This document shows, in pieces, positions 12,870 to 24,431 of a DNA stretch of 63,940 nt. Positions within the stretch are counted from its first letter, which is position 1. Each line of letters opens with the position of its first letter. Source of the DNA: Octopus bimaculoides (lineage: Eukaryota); assembly GCF_001194135.2 (NCBI RefSeq), contig NC_068989.1, positions 79,673,361 to 79,737,300 of the forward strand. Direction: 5' to 3'. Made by a program: the position numbers and the translations under genes. Below the pieces are notes generated by a model that made no database searches, was not told the DNA's origin, and saw nothing but the letters and a program-made list of their open reading frames with translations.

Positions 12870-13192
12870 NNNNNNNNNNNNNNNNNNNNNNNNNNNNNNN
12901 NNNNNNNNNNNNNNNNNNNNNNNNNNNNNNNNNNNNNNNNNNNNNNNNNNNNNNNNNNNNNNNNNNNNNNNNNNNNNNNNNNNNNNNNNNNNNNNNNNNN
13001 NNNNNNNNNNNNNNNNNNNNNNNNNNNNNNNNNNNNNNNNNNNNNNNNNNNNNNNNNNNNNNNNNNNNNNNNNNNNNNNNNNNNNNNNNNNNNNNNNNNN
13101 NNNNNNNNNNNNNNNNNNNNNNNNNNNNNNNNNNNNNNNNNNNNNNNNNNNNNNNNNNNNNNNNNNNNNNNNNNNNNNNNNNNNNNNNNNNN

Positions 13193-13358
13193 CGACAAGC
13201 ACTTCTTTCAAATTCCGCCTTCCAAATACACTCACAAGGCTTTGGTCAGCTCGAGGCTATAATAGAAGATACATGTCCAAGGTATCACGCAGTGGCACTG
13301 AACCCGGAACCATATGGTTGGTAAGCAAGCTTTTTTACCACATAGCCACTCCTGCGCC
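13193..13358 (-). mobile_element. SINE family A 5' half
   Basis: Reverse complement of GGCGCAGGAGTGGCTATGTGG...AGCTTGCTTACCAACCATATGGTTCCGGGTTCAGTGCCACTGCGTG. Confidence 0.88.
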
Positions 13359-13370
13359 TAAAATTGATGC

Positions 13371-13442
13371 CTCCCCTGCGGGTGAGTCGAACCCCACTCT
13401 CCCGCATGACAGGTAACACCATAAACCCACTCAGAGCTATTC
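13371..13442 (-). pseudogene. Decayed tRNA-Asp(GTC)-like sequence
   Basis: Minus strand CCTGTCATGCGGGAGAGTGGGGTTCGACTCACCCGCAGGGGAG closely follows the 3' half of metazoan tRNA-Asp (CCTGTCACGCGGGAGACCGGGGTTCGATTCCCCGACGGGGAG). GTC anticodon at 13408-13410. The 5' half does not pair into an acceptor stem or D arm. Confidence 0.7.
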
Positions 13443-14031
13443 TTAAACATTATATATAACAAATTCTTACTTCCTTATGATTTATAACTGTGAGATGAGT
13501 TTAATCTAGATTCAACAAACAAGATGAGTTCAGGCGCGAGTCTACACCCTTTAGTAATACATCTTGCCATGAAAGGTGACCTCTGAATTACTGAGCAATG
13601 CGGAATAAAGTTAACACGGTGATATCTTTGAATGTTAAGCAAAACACTATTTTCACACATTTCAAGCAAATAAACGTGCAACGCCCATTTCTCCCAACGA
13701 ACTACATCCAGAGTAAAACAGCTACACCTTTTCCTATAAGTGTAAAGCCTGAAATTATCTGTTAAAAGTGTCATGGATCATCCACAATCTTTGTATAGAC
13801 GTGTTTAGATCAGTAAAGCTTGGATTTACATTTTAGGCCAGAAAATACCTCACCCCTGAAAACAACCGATGCTAATTTGTAACGTACAAATACGTCCTAC
13901 GCTAGCTTACTGCTTAGATAAACGGCCTAGTATAGACATACGCGCGCGCGCTCACGTATATATGTGTATATGGCCGCAGTCAAATGACTGAAATAAATAA
14001 AAGAATAGAAGAATATATATATGCATATATA

Positions 14032-14064
<33 letters not shown>

Positions 14065-14454
14065 NNNNNNNNNNNNNNNNNNNNNNNNNNNNNNNNNNNN
14101 NNNNNNNNNNNNNNNNNNNNNNNNNNNNNNNNNNNNNNNNNNNNNNNNNNNNNNNNNNNNNNNNNNNNNNNNNNNNNNNNNNNNNNNNNNNNNNNNNNNN
14201 NNNNNNNNNNNNNNNNNNNNNNNNNNNNNNNNNNNNNNNNNNNNNNNNNNNNNNNNNNNNNNNNNNNNNNNNNNNNNNNNNNNNNNNNNNNNNNNNNNNN
14301 NNNNNNNNNNNNNNNNNNNNNNNNNNNNNNNNNNNNNNNNNNNNNNNNNNNNNNNNNNNNNNNNNNNNNNNNNNNNNNNNNNNNNNNNNNNNNNNNNNNN
14401 NNNNNNNNNNNNNNNNNNNNNNNNNNNNNNNNNNNNNNNNNNNNNNNNNNNNNN

Positions 14455-14520
<66 letters not shown>

Positions 14521-15091
14521 AATTGTAAAGATATCATTATAATTAAGGGCACTGGAGGAACAGCGTCTAAGCTAGAGATAGACGTCAAAGGAATATAAAC
14601 CACTTTGAATTTACACTCCGTTAGCATAAGTTTGAATTCGAAGAAAATGGATAAAGATCTCTTAAAACCTTGGTTAACCCGAAATCTTCATATTTCTGGT
14701 TTAGTAATAAATACTCTATTTTTATCAGTAGTGTATACGTACCGTACATAAATGAAAATACATATATATGCCCTATACAATACCCTTAATTCTGTATACA
14801 TGTATATATATATATATATATGTGTGTGTGATATATGTGTGTATGTGTGTGTATGTGTGTGTATGTTTATATGTATGTATTTGTATATTTATGTTAGAAT
14901 TTTTTTTAATAATTAAGAAGTAAAACAAAAATGAACTCATTACACGCATACTTTTCTTTTCTTGAATTGATATTACACTCTGTATTCTCCTGACATTTTA
15001 ATCTAACCATGAATATATTTGAGTTCTAACAACGGGTTATTAATATCGTTCTGCCTAAACGATATCATAAAATATAAATATTCATGTCACT

Positions 15092-15262
15092 TAACCGTAC
15101 GCACACAGCTCACATACACAACACAATCACCCACACATATACATATAGAATATTGATCAGAAGCACGTAAAACCTGCACTAACGGTACGCACACGCAAAT
15201 CACATACACAACACAAACACCTACACGTATATATATAGAATATTGATCAGAAGCACGTAAAA
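15092..15262. repeat. Imperfect direct duplication, two ~82-bp units
   Basis: Units 15092-15172 and 15180-15262 both end in ATATAGAATATTGATCAGAAGCACGTAAAA. Confidence 0.9.
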
Positions 15263-15443
15263 GAAAGACACATTCTATGCATCACAAGATACGCAAATAC
15301 GGGGACGAATCGGAAGTTGCAGTGGCTTATATTTTAAATGTGCTCAGTTAGCGCCCATATTCCACAAAAGACTTCGTTATAAGTATCAAGTTTACTCATA
15401 TACTTAAGGGAAACTAAATGTTCGCTCCCCCAATAACAAAATA

Positions 15444-15727
15444 CAGTGATACCTCACTTTACGAGGACTCGCTTTACGAGACTCCAGGTTTACAAGTTTT
15501 ATTTTATAATATACATAAAAAGGTTAAACAGACATTTTGAGTATGTGACAACGTCGCAACATGTGGCAACGTCGCAACACTGGTTCTGACGCGTCTGCAC
15601 AGCGGTGAAGTAAAATGACGGCATAAAATTTCATTGCTACTATGGGAAATTCTCGCTCTGTTTTACGAGTTTTCGCTTTACGAGTTATCTCCGCGAATAA
15701 ATTAACTCGTATAACGAGGCATTATTG
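15444..15727. mobile_element. pogo/Tigger-type MITE
   Basis: TA-CAGTGATACCTCACTTTACGAG ... CTCGTATAACGAGGCATTATTG-TA imperfect TIRs, subterminal CGCTTTACGAG repeats at both ends, no ORF. Confidence 0.75.
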
Positions 15728-16171
15728 TATTGTTGCATTTGGTCTGTGTAGTTTATAACACCCCTGTCACTAGTTGTATAATGAATTGCGCTGAATGGTT
15801 GGGAAGTAGTGGAAGAGTGACACAATAATGACCTGAGGCAAGCAACATTTCACCTGCAAACAGCCATTTTATTACATTCTTTGGTATCTCCTCCAGAGGA
15901 ATTATGTTCTTTCTTCATTGTGGTCCTTAAGTGGTACCTTATTTCACATATTATTCGAATCGATTCACTCTAAGTCTTTCTTTGTGTTCACCTGTCTACT
16001 TATATAAACCCATGTTATTCTTACACATTCTTCTGAGAGAGGTTACGCTTAATATTGAGAGTTTTATAAAACCTATTATTTTGTCTCATTTAATTTACAC
16101 AGAAATTTCTGTAATTTCCTTACAGTTCATCATGATCGATGTATATATTTTCCAAATTATAAAGAATAAAA

Positions 16172-16238
16172 GGTAAATCGAACACACAAGCTCACGACTG
16201 TGGGCCCGATGCACTAACAACTGAGCCATGCGCCTTCA
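16172..16238 (-). mobile_element. Isolated tRNA-derived SINE head
   Basis: Minus strand GGCGCATGGCTCAGTTGTTAGTGC...GTGTTCGATT carries Pol III A- and B-box-like motifs but gives no cloverleaf. Confidence 0.6.
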
Positions 16239-16347
16239 CTTTCCAAATTATATGTGCATACAAACGGACATGGACATTGGATGTTACTTAGACAATCGAT
16301 CTTATTAGAATGGTTTAACGAAGAATAATTTGCTTACCATTTTTGTA

Positions 16348-16400
<53 letters not shown>

Positions 16401-16559
16401 TTCTTTCTCTCTAATACATATATAGACATATATACTGATTCTCACATTCCCACACGCACATGTATTATGTATGCATGTATGCATGTATATACGTATGTGT
16501 GTGTGTGTGTGTGTGCATACGTATATACACACAAACACATATGGTGATTGCTTCATCTT

Positions 16560-16800
16560 TACATATGATTACCGCTTCCTTGAGATTCTTTCTTGTCAAA
16601 GGCATTTCTCTCTTTCTGTCCATGACTTCCCAGTTGACTATTCGGTGCCGCTGCATACATCTGCATGATTCGAAGTATAGGTGGTTGTAAACCTACTATG
16701 CATTTACAATAACTTGGTTCTGTACGGGTCACCACTCTTCCATCACCATAGGATTTTCAGTAGATGGAATGACAAATAGAGCAACCATTAGGAGACATCT
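16560..16800 (-). mobile_element. Possible Penelope-like GIY-YIG endonuclease remnant
   Basis: Minus strand HRIVNWEVMDRKREMPLTRKNLKEAVII resembles the HxIxWExxxxLDxExxxxxRxxKEAIxI end of Penelope GIY-YIG domains. An upstream CxxC-like segment is broken by stops. Confidence 0.4.
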
Positions 16801-17162
16801 TTCCGCCATTGGATTATAGCTGTAGACTCACCGAAGCGAGAATGCCAAAAATCCCATGAAACCGCTGTTTTTACATCAGAGAATCTCTCACTCAGAAAGA
16901 AACTGTCAACAACTTCTGGTCCCTCATTCCCGATGGTTTCATTAACGCTCTGTCCCCAACCAAATGTATTTCAGAGTCATGCATACATACATACATACGT
17001 ACGTACATTCAATAATACATACGTATGTATCTATATATTTGTGTAGTGTAAATATGGAATAAATTTTCTGACAGATATATGTTGTGGTAAGCCACAGCTG
17101 TGTACGCTTATAATTCTTGTTATTAAAGATTTTCTTTCATATTTTTTTTATTGATCCGATAG

Positions 17163-17322
17163 TTCCAAATCCAAAAGAATTGCAAGGACAGTTTGGTTTC
17201 ATCATCTCAACATAATGATAGCATTATTGACCTGTTATTCATATTCTTAACTATAAGTCACAAAGACAGTGATAATATCATTGTTATTGGTGGTCTTCAA
17301 ATTGCTCAACGTTTAACATCAG
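17163..17322 (+). CDS. Candidate internal coding exon, product unknown
   Basis: Acceptor attttttttattgatccgatAG, donor CAG|gtatat, 53 open codons FQIQKNCKDSLVSSSQHNDSIIDLLFIFLTISHKDSDNIIVIGGLQIAQRLTS. Phase-compatible with 19427-19488. Confidence 0.3.
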
Positions 17323-17771
17323 GTATATTCATCGATATACTGCTGTATCTGTATATTGATCATTGCTAATAAAGCTTCTACAGTTAATCACATTTTTCTA
17401 GAGTTGTATATTGAATGGATGATTTATCAGCTAATGATTTTCTATATTATGATTCAACCTCTTACATCAGAGACTCAAGCTTGACATTTACTCGTTGGCT
17501 GGCTATGGTATTTATAATATGATACCATTGCAACAATAATATTGTACACGAAATTAAATAGAGATATGGCACGGTCTTATATATTATAGTGATTTGCATT
17601 CATATTGTAATTCATAATTAATGCCTCTAATTCTATTTTCCTATATACTGAGTATTTATGTCTTGTAAGAAAAAAAATTAATCATTTGCCATACAAACAA
17701 GAGATTAGCATAGTGGTATTTTTGTTCCCCTCACTTACGAAACAATAAAGAAAAAACACTGGTAATATATA

Positions 17772-17941
17772 GGCGTAGGAGTGGCTGTATGCTAAGGAGC
17801 TTGCTTACCAACCACATGGTTCCGGGATCATTCCCACAGCGTGGCACTCTGGGCAAGTGTCTCTACTATAGCCTCGGGCCGACCAAAGCCTTGTGAATTA
17901 ATCTGGTAGGCGAAAACTGAAAGAAGCCTATCGTATATATG

Positions 17942-17984
<43 letters not shown>

Positions 17985-18225
17985 TGTGTGTGTGTGTGTG
18001 TGTGTGTGTATGTTTGCGTGTCTGTGTTTGTCCCCCCCAACATCGCTTGACAACCGATAATGGTGTGTTTACGTCCCTGTGACCTAGCGGTTCGGCAGAA
18101 AGAGACGGATAGTGTAAGTACTAGGCTTACAAAGAATAAGTCCTGGGGTCGATCTGCTCGACTGAAGGCGGTGCTCCAGCATGGCCGCAGTCAAAAGGCC
18201 GAAACAAATAAAAGAGCAAAAAAGT
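17772..18225 (+). mobile_element. Full-length SINE family A with internal microsatellite
   Basis: tRNA-like head (GGCGTAGGAGTGGCTG...GGTTCCGGGATCATTCCCAC), central (TA)n(TG)n, conserved 3' half (CAACATCGCTTGACAACCG...GGCGGTGCTCCAGCATGGCCGCAGTC) and A-rich tail. Resembles published octopus tRNA-derived SINEs; exact family not verified. Confidence 0.92.
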
Positions 18226-18242
18226 ATATATAGTAATAGAGT

Positions 18243-18460
18243 AAGGCACTAAGCGGTCAGAATTTTTAATGCGCCGGGCAAAACGCATTTCATCCACCTT
18301 TACGCTCTGAATTCAAATTCTGTCTAGGTCAGCTTTACTTTTCATCCTTTCGGGGTCGATAAAATTAGTACCAGTTGAGAACTGGAGTTCGGCATAATCG
18401 ATGTACCTCCATACCTCCACCGAGCTTTCTGGCCTTGTGTCAACACTTGAAACCAATACA
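18243..18460 (+). mobile_element. SINE family B copy
   Basis: TTCATCCTTTCGGGGTCGATAAAATTAGTACCAG body and family-B tail, directly after the family A copy. Confidence 0.82.
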
Positions 18461-18651
18461 TAGTAAATAAGTAGAAATGTTATTTTGCTATTAATAGTAA
18501 AATTATTAGTAATATGGATTTTTGGTTCCTTGTCATAGGGGTGAACATCCGTTCATAGGAGAGACTGTATTGATTCTAAAATTCCTACCGAAATATTATG
18601 AACCTCTAGGAATGTGCGACGGTGGTTGTAAACTTGATATGGGATAAATGC

Positions 18652-19186
18652 GGATCTCTTCAGTTTGGCTCACATATTTTTTAATCATTTTTTTTTATCT
18701 AAACAGTTTCAAACTTCGTATACTGGTGTAATTTCTCACGCTGAACACGATTTACTTTCAGCATTTTTGACAAAATTTCGTATTTTAGAAGTTATTTCTT
18801 GTTAAAGTGTCGTATTTGGGTAATTTGAACCAATCAGAGACGTGTATTCAGCTGAAGAAAACTATTGCTGTTTGCGATAGTAATCGAAGAGCAACAAATT
18901 CCAGGTCATCAAAATACATTTAGTGGAGATGACGCGGCAGCTGTTGCTCTTCGAGTACTATGACAGACAGCAGTAGGTTTCTTAAGCTGAATACACGTCG
19001 CTGATTGGTTAAAATTACCCAAATACGACAACTTTAACACGAAATAACTTCTAAAATACGAAAATTTGTCAAAAATGTTGAAAGTAAACCATGTTCCGCG
19101 TGAAAAATTACATCAGTATAGGAAGTTTCGAACTGTTTAGTTAAAAATAAATATTAAGAAATTTGTGAGCCAAACTGAAGACATCC
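18652..19186. mobile_element. Long palindromic non-autonomous DNA element (MITE/foldback type)
   Basis: About 240-bp imperfect inverted arms (CTTCAGTTTGGCTCACA ... TGTGAGCCAAACTGAAG at the ends; CGAAGAGCAACA ... TGTTGCTCTTCGA near the centre) around a ~40-bp spacer. No ORF. Confidence 0.88.
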
Positions 19187-19426
19187 ATAAATACATGTCG
19201 GAACTTGGGCATAAAGAGAATGTCGAGTAAAAATACATCAGTCGAAATGGTTGAAATTAAACGTCTTCATAGCGCAACCGACTGAGCCTTGTCATATAAC
19301 ACCGCTCCGAATTTCACGAAAAGAGATGCCATTAATTATATTTTGCAAAGAGATGAGAAAAGGAAAAAATAGATCCTTTGAAAACATTTTGATACATAAG
19401 TAAATTTCAAAATAACTTTTCTTCAG

Positions 19427-19488
19427 CTGCTACTACTCAAACTACTTCTACGACTGCTAGCAGTTCCTTAAACTTAATTGAATCGTGA
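19427..19488 (+). CDS. Candidate terminal coding exon (Thr/Ser-rich tail)
   Basis: Strong acceptor aataacttttcttcAG, phase-1 frame (A)ATTQTTSTTASSSLNLIES-stop, and AATAAA about 95 nt downstream. Confidence 0.3.
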
Positions 19489-19881
19489 ACGACGAATTTA
19501 TCTTAAAGAAATGCTTGTGTTATGTACTGCCATAATTTATCTTCTGTCAAATTAAAAATACTTTAATGTAATATTATGTTTAATAAACACTACGTGTGTT
19601 GTACTGAAGTAACCCAAAGAGTTTTAAATAGCTATATGTAAATGTTAAGCTCTTGCAGGATGAAAGGAAAATTAACGAAAAGAAAATTTTATGCAATAAA
19701 TGCGTGCTAATATTCCCCCTCCCATCACTAACGAAAGGATAATAGTAATATAGATTCTAGCAAGGTAATTCTCTCACTTAGAAGTAAATAACCAATCAAC
19801 GAAAAGATTGCATGCGCATGCATGCTAGTATGCAGCCGTGTATGTGTATGTCTCTGTGTATAAATATATCTCTCTAAGAGA

Positions 19882-19923
<42 letters not shown>

Positions 19924-20324
19924 TGCATTTTTATATGAATGTATATGTGAGCCTGTATATATGTGCGTAAATATTTGACGTATGTTTATGTATTTACATA
20001 TATTATATATTCATATATGTCCATATATATTCAAATACATATTATTTTGATGTCGCCGTTCCAAAACCTATATGTATGTATATCGTTGCTATTATGCAAA
20101 AGTCTCCTAAGTCCAAAATGTTGCTTTTTTCGAAAACGAAAAAATAGTTTCACCATTCCATAGCAAAACTGTTGTAGTTCACTGGAAATTTTTCATATCT
20201 TGGCATCTAAAGCAGCTGAAGATACGATAGTTTGACCAAAAGAACAGACTATTGCAAACAGCAATAAATATTGAAAAAAAAAAACGCATTTGCCCAATTT
20301 GAGACATACAACAGTTTAACATAA

Positions 20325-20364
<40 letters not shown>

Positions 20365-20369
<5 letters not shown>

Positions 20370-20500
20370 CAAAAGAATTCCAACTCTGCCTGTCTTTTAT
20401 GTTTAATTTGTATTCTTATAATATTAATGTAGGATATAGAATATATAATATACATAGTAAAATGAAATGAAGTATTGCTTGTTTTATTGAATAAATGGAA
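20365..20500. mobile_element. Left-end fragment of the palindromic element at 52606-52997
   Basis: TTCAAAAGAATTCCAACTCTG...ATGTAGGATATAGAAT...GAAATGAAGTATTG...TTATTGAATAAATG matches 52611-52748. Confidence 0.8.
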
Positions 20501-20504
20501 TATA

Positions 20505-20549
<45 letters not shown>

Positions 20550-21096
20550 TTGTTTTTTTATATCATTACTCTTTATCGATAAAAAAAACGTGCTATTTCA
20601 TTTTCGTGAGTAAGGAGCTATCTGCATTTCATTTATATTGCAATACCCCATTTAAAATACAGATTCGCTCTTTACCATTTTCTTCAATTCAACAAATGTG
20701 ACTCCTTATGAAAAACATGAAAGAGTGACATATAACGAGAAACGTTGAGTGTGCGTAATTGCATAGAAGAATGACTTCGTAGGGTTTTTATTTGAGCAGA
20801 TGTATGCGTGTGATATGACGAATTTGATTTCAGATTTATTTGCAAAACAATGATTCTGCTGTGCCAAAATTATTTTGACTTGTTTAGTAGGAAAGAATAT
20901 GGCAAATCTAATTAACACTGAGAGATTCAAATAAAGAGAGACAAAAACATTGGCAAAAACACGTGTGAAATGTAGATGATATGAAGTTTACAAGCATGAA
21001 AGTATTTTGTCTCTTGACTTTTAGAATGTTTAAGATATCTGGCTTTATTTTATTAAGTTATTTCTATTAGAAATAAGATTCATTTACTTTTGTCAT

Positions 21097-21465
21097 GTGG
21101 GGGTACAATGGCCCAGTTGTTAGGGCAGCGGACTCGCGGTCATAAGATCGCGGTTTCGCTTCCCAGACCGGGCGTTGTGAGTCTTTATTGAGCGAAAACA
21201 CATAAAGGTCCACGAGGCTCCCTGCTGTACTCTTTCACCACAACTTTCTCTCACTCTTACTTCCTGTTTCTGTTGTACCTGTAATTCAAAGGGTCAGCCT
21301 TGTCACACTGTGTCACGCTGAATATCCCCGAGAATTACGTTAAGGGTACACGTGTCTGTGGAGTGCTCAGCCACTTTCACGTTAATTTCACGAGCCGGCT
21401 GTTCCGTTGATCGGATCAACTGGAACCTTCGACGTCGTAAGTGACGGAGTGCCAACAACAACAAC
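21097..21465 (+). mobile_element. SINE family C, near full length
   Basis: tRNA-like head, (CAA)n tail and exact TSD ACTTTTGTCAT (21086-21096, 21464-21474). Highly similar to 43898-44283 but lacks a short internal segment. Confidence 0.93.
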
Positions 21466-21869
21466 TTTTGTCATATTCTGCCTAGGCGTCTGTGGGTTAG
21501 AGCTTGAAATGGGTTCATAGTTCTCAAAGCAGTCACACCGTTGGTCTCTCTCTGGATGCAGTCTAGGATATCTATGAATATGTATACATGTCTATCTGAT
21601 GCGTCTGTTCATAGATTCAGGCTTTTCTTTAAAGGTGGATAATAAAAAATCCTAAGAAATAAGAGAAATTTCAATTCTATGCGTGTATTAGTATTATAGT
21701 TATAGTAAATTATGTGAACAGCTAGAATCACTCTGGAGTAAGAATCTGGATTCAAGAGGGCCAATGTTTCATCGTGTCAGTTTAGAATAAATAGCAGTAT
21801 AAAACTTATATGGCCTGAGAATCCCTGATCACATAATTCAGTTAAGCCAGATAAGTCTCTACAACCAAT

Positions 21870-22453
21870 CCATGTTTCTTATCTTCAAAACTCCACTGTA
21901 CCTGGTTTTACCTCTACAGCTTTTGTTATTTTTTGTGTTTTTGGCTGGGAAAAGAAGGGAGTTTTCCGCTGTTTGGTGGCTATGGCGTGGGAGATAGTGT
22001 GGTGGGCGAGATTGAAATAAGTGAAGACAAATACTTCCCTCTTCAGCCAAGCCCTCATTGACTTTTTTAAAATTCCACTTGAAAAGTAAAATGAGGATGG
22101 AGAGGAAAGTACTGCCCCGCCCCTTGCATTTTTGACGAAATGTGGGTGAATGTGGACAGGATGGTCTACTTGAATGGGCCTACTCTGAACACACGCTTGT
22201 AAGCTGGAGGAGAAGCTGAGGATAGAGGCACCTACTGAGGTGCCCCTGGCAGACGGGATGACCAAGATGAGTGGGATTCCTAGGTTGTCCCTGGGTAGAA
22301 CTCTCTAATTTGGGAGAATTTTATTGTTGATTTTTGTTGTTAATTTTTCTTGTTTCAATTTTATACACGACGTTTTGGGCTTAGCCCCATTTGCTCCTTG
22401 TGTTATTTTGTCCCTGTTTGTTTTGTGTAGGCCTTCGTGGCCAATGAAGGAAA

Positions 22454-22525
<72 letters not shown>
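21870..22525 (+). mobile_element. 5'-truncated non-LTR retrotransposon 3' end, probably L1/Tx1 clade
   Basis: Decayed ORF end VFRCLVAMAWEIVWWARLK*...FHLKSKMRMERKV...WVNVDRMV, resembling L1/Tx1 ORF2 C-termini, then a 3' UTR and an (ATT)n tail at 22455-22525. Confidence 0.7.
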
Positions 22526-23160
22526 CATTACCTGAACTGAGTTAATTATCTAACTGGAAGACATTACAATAAGGTAAAGAATTCCAAAGTATTTTATGAA
22601 GATCCTGCTGAATAACGTAAATGCATTGTTGTTTGATATGTGTGTGTANNNNNNNNNNNNNNNNNNNNNNNNNNNNNNNNNNNNNNNNNNNNNNNNNNNN
22701 NNNNNNNNNNNNNNNNNNNNNNNNNNNNNNNNNNNNNNNNNNNNNNNNNNNNNNNNNNNNNNNNNNNNNNNNNNNNNNNNNNNNNNNNNNNNNNNNNNNN
22801 NNNNNNNNNNNNNNNNNNNNNNNNNNNNNNNNNNNNNNNNNNNNNNNNNNNNNNNNNNNNNNNNNNNNNNNNNNNNNNNNNNNNNNNNNNNNNNNNNNNN
22901 NNNNNNNNNNNNNNNNNNNNNNNNNNNNNNNNNNNNNNNNNNNNNNNNNNNNNNNNNNNNNNNNNNNNNNNNNNNNNNNNNNNNNNNNNNNNNNNNNNNN
23001 NNNNNNNNNNNNNNNNNNNNNNNNNNNNNNNNNNNNNNNNNNNNNNNNNNNNNNNNNNNNNNNNNNNNNNNNNNNNNNNNTGAAATTTACAGAAAAAAAA
23101 AAAGACAGAAGACAGGTGTATAAACAACAAGCAGGTGTATTAGTTTGAGGGCAATGTATA

Positions 23161-24415
23161 TCAGTTTGAGTTAAAAGTAAGCAACGTTTCGAACCATGAA
23201 GAATTTGTATCGGATTTTTGCAGAGTTTTGAATCTTTTTAAAACCTTTTTTTGCAATTGTCCGATAACAGAGACATAGACTTTCCCAAATGCATCAATTA
23301 ATTAACATTGATATTTTTTTTCGCCTTTGTCAAAATCATCTGAAATGGAATTGTCAAAGCGCGATATTTGAGCAATTTTGCTATTCAACTTCAAGAAAAG
23401 GACGTAAAGCAGCTGAAACTGCTCGCGATATCAACGAAACTTTTGGCGAGAAAATGAGCAGATAGTGGTCAGGTCGAAGATTGTTTAAACGATTTCGCCG
23501 AGGAAGATGAAGTTGGCGAGCGTATTTGACGCCCTTCTGTCATCGATAACAGCCAAATAAAGACATTCATTGAGAAAGCTCCACGCAAAACCACTGGAGA
23601 ACTGGCAAAAGAACTCCAAGTTAGCAAGAAAACTATCTGCAAGCATTTGCATACAATCGGAAAATCAAAAACGCCCGACAAATGGGTACCACACAATTTG
23701 AATGAAAATCAAAAAATGCGCAGGTATGAAGTTTGCTCGTCGCTTCTCCTCCGTAACCAGACCGATCCATTTCTCGACTGTATTGTAACATGCGATAAAA
23801 GTGGATTCTATACTACAATGAAAAACCTTCTTCGCAGTAGTGAGAGCAAAATGAAACACCGAAAACATTCCCTAAACCTGAGCTCTTCAAAAAGAAGATT
23901 ATGGTGACTGTTTGGTGGTGTACTGCAGGACTCATCCACTATAACCTCTTAAGACCCGGAAAGACCATTACTGCAGAAACATATTGCCATGAAATTGCAA
24001 AAATGGACGAAATACTGGTCAACAGAAGAGAGCTAACCACTCTTCATGGCAATGCTCGACCACACGTTTCACTAATGACGCTCCAGAAATTAACAAAACT
24101 TAGCTACGAACTTCTTCCCCACCCAGCTTATTCCCCAGACCTTTCTCCTACCGACTACCACGTTTTCAAGTGGTAGTCGGTAGTGTTAGTGATAGCCTTG
24201 ATGGTTTCCTGCAAGAGAAGGAGTTCAAAACTCAAACCGATGCTGATAGTTCATTTAAATTTGTATGTTACCGGAATAAACAAATTTGTAACTCGTTGGC
24301 AAAGATGAGCTGATTGTAATGCTACTTACTTTGATGAATAAAATTTCCGCATTGTTGAAATGTATTGTGATGAATTCCATGTTTCAGAAAGTTGCTTACT
24401 TTTTACTCAGCCTGA
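23161..24415 (+). mobile_element. Near full-length mariner transposon, inactivated
   Basis: About 38-bp imperfect TIRs (TCAGTTTGAGTTAAAAGTAAGCAAC / GTTGCTTACTTTTTACTCAGCCTGA) with TA TSD. Transposase motifs GRKAAETARDIN, WVPHNL, IVTCD, HGNARPH and HPAYSPDLSPTDY are spread over frameshifted ORFs. Confidence 0.96.
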
Positions 24416-24431
24416 TATATATAAGTATTAT

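Noticed and set aside
13475-13774. 99-aa minus-strand ORF
   Set aside because: No motif; the stop precedes the only good donor; consistent with a chance ORF.
17772-17850. tRNA-like heads of SINE families A-D as functional tRNA genes
   Set aside because: They lack a complete cloverleaf and continue into SINE bodies with tails and TSDs.
22324-22545. ORF with poly-Leu as a signal-peptide or membrane protein
   Set aside because: The poly-Leu is the (TTA)n run at the end of the LINE fragment.
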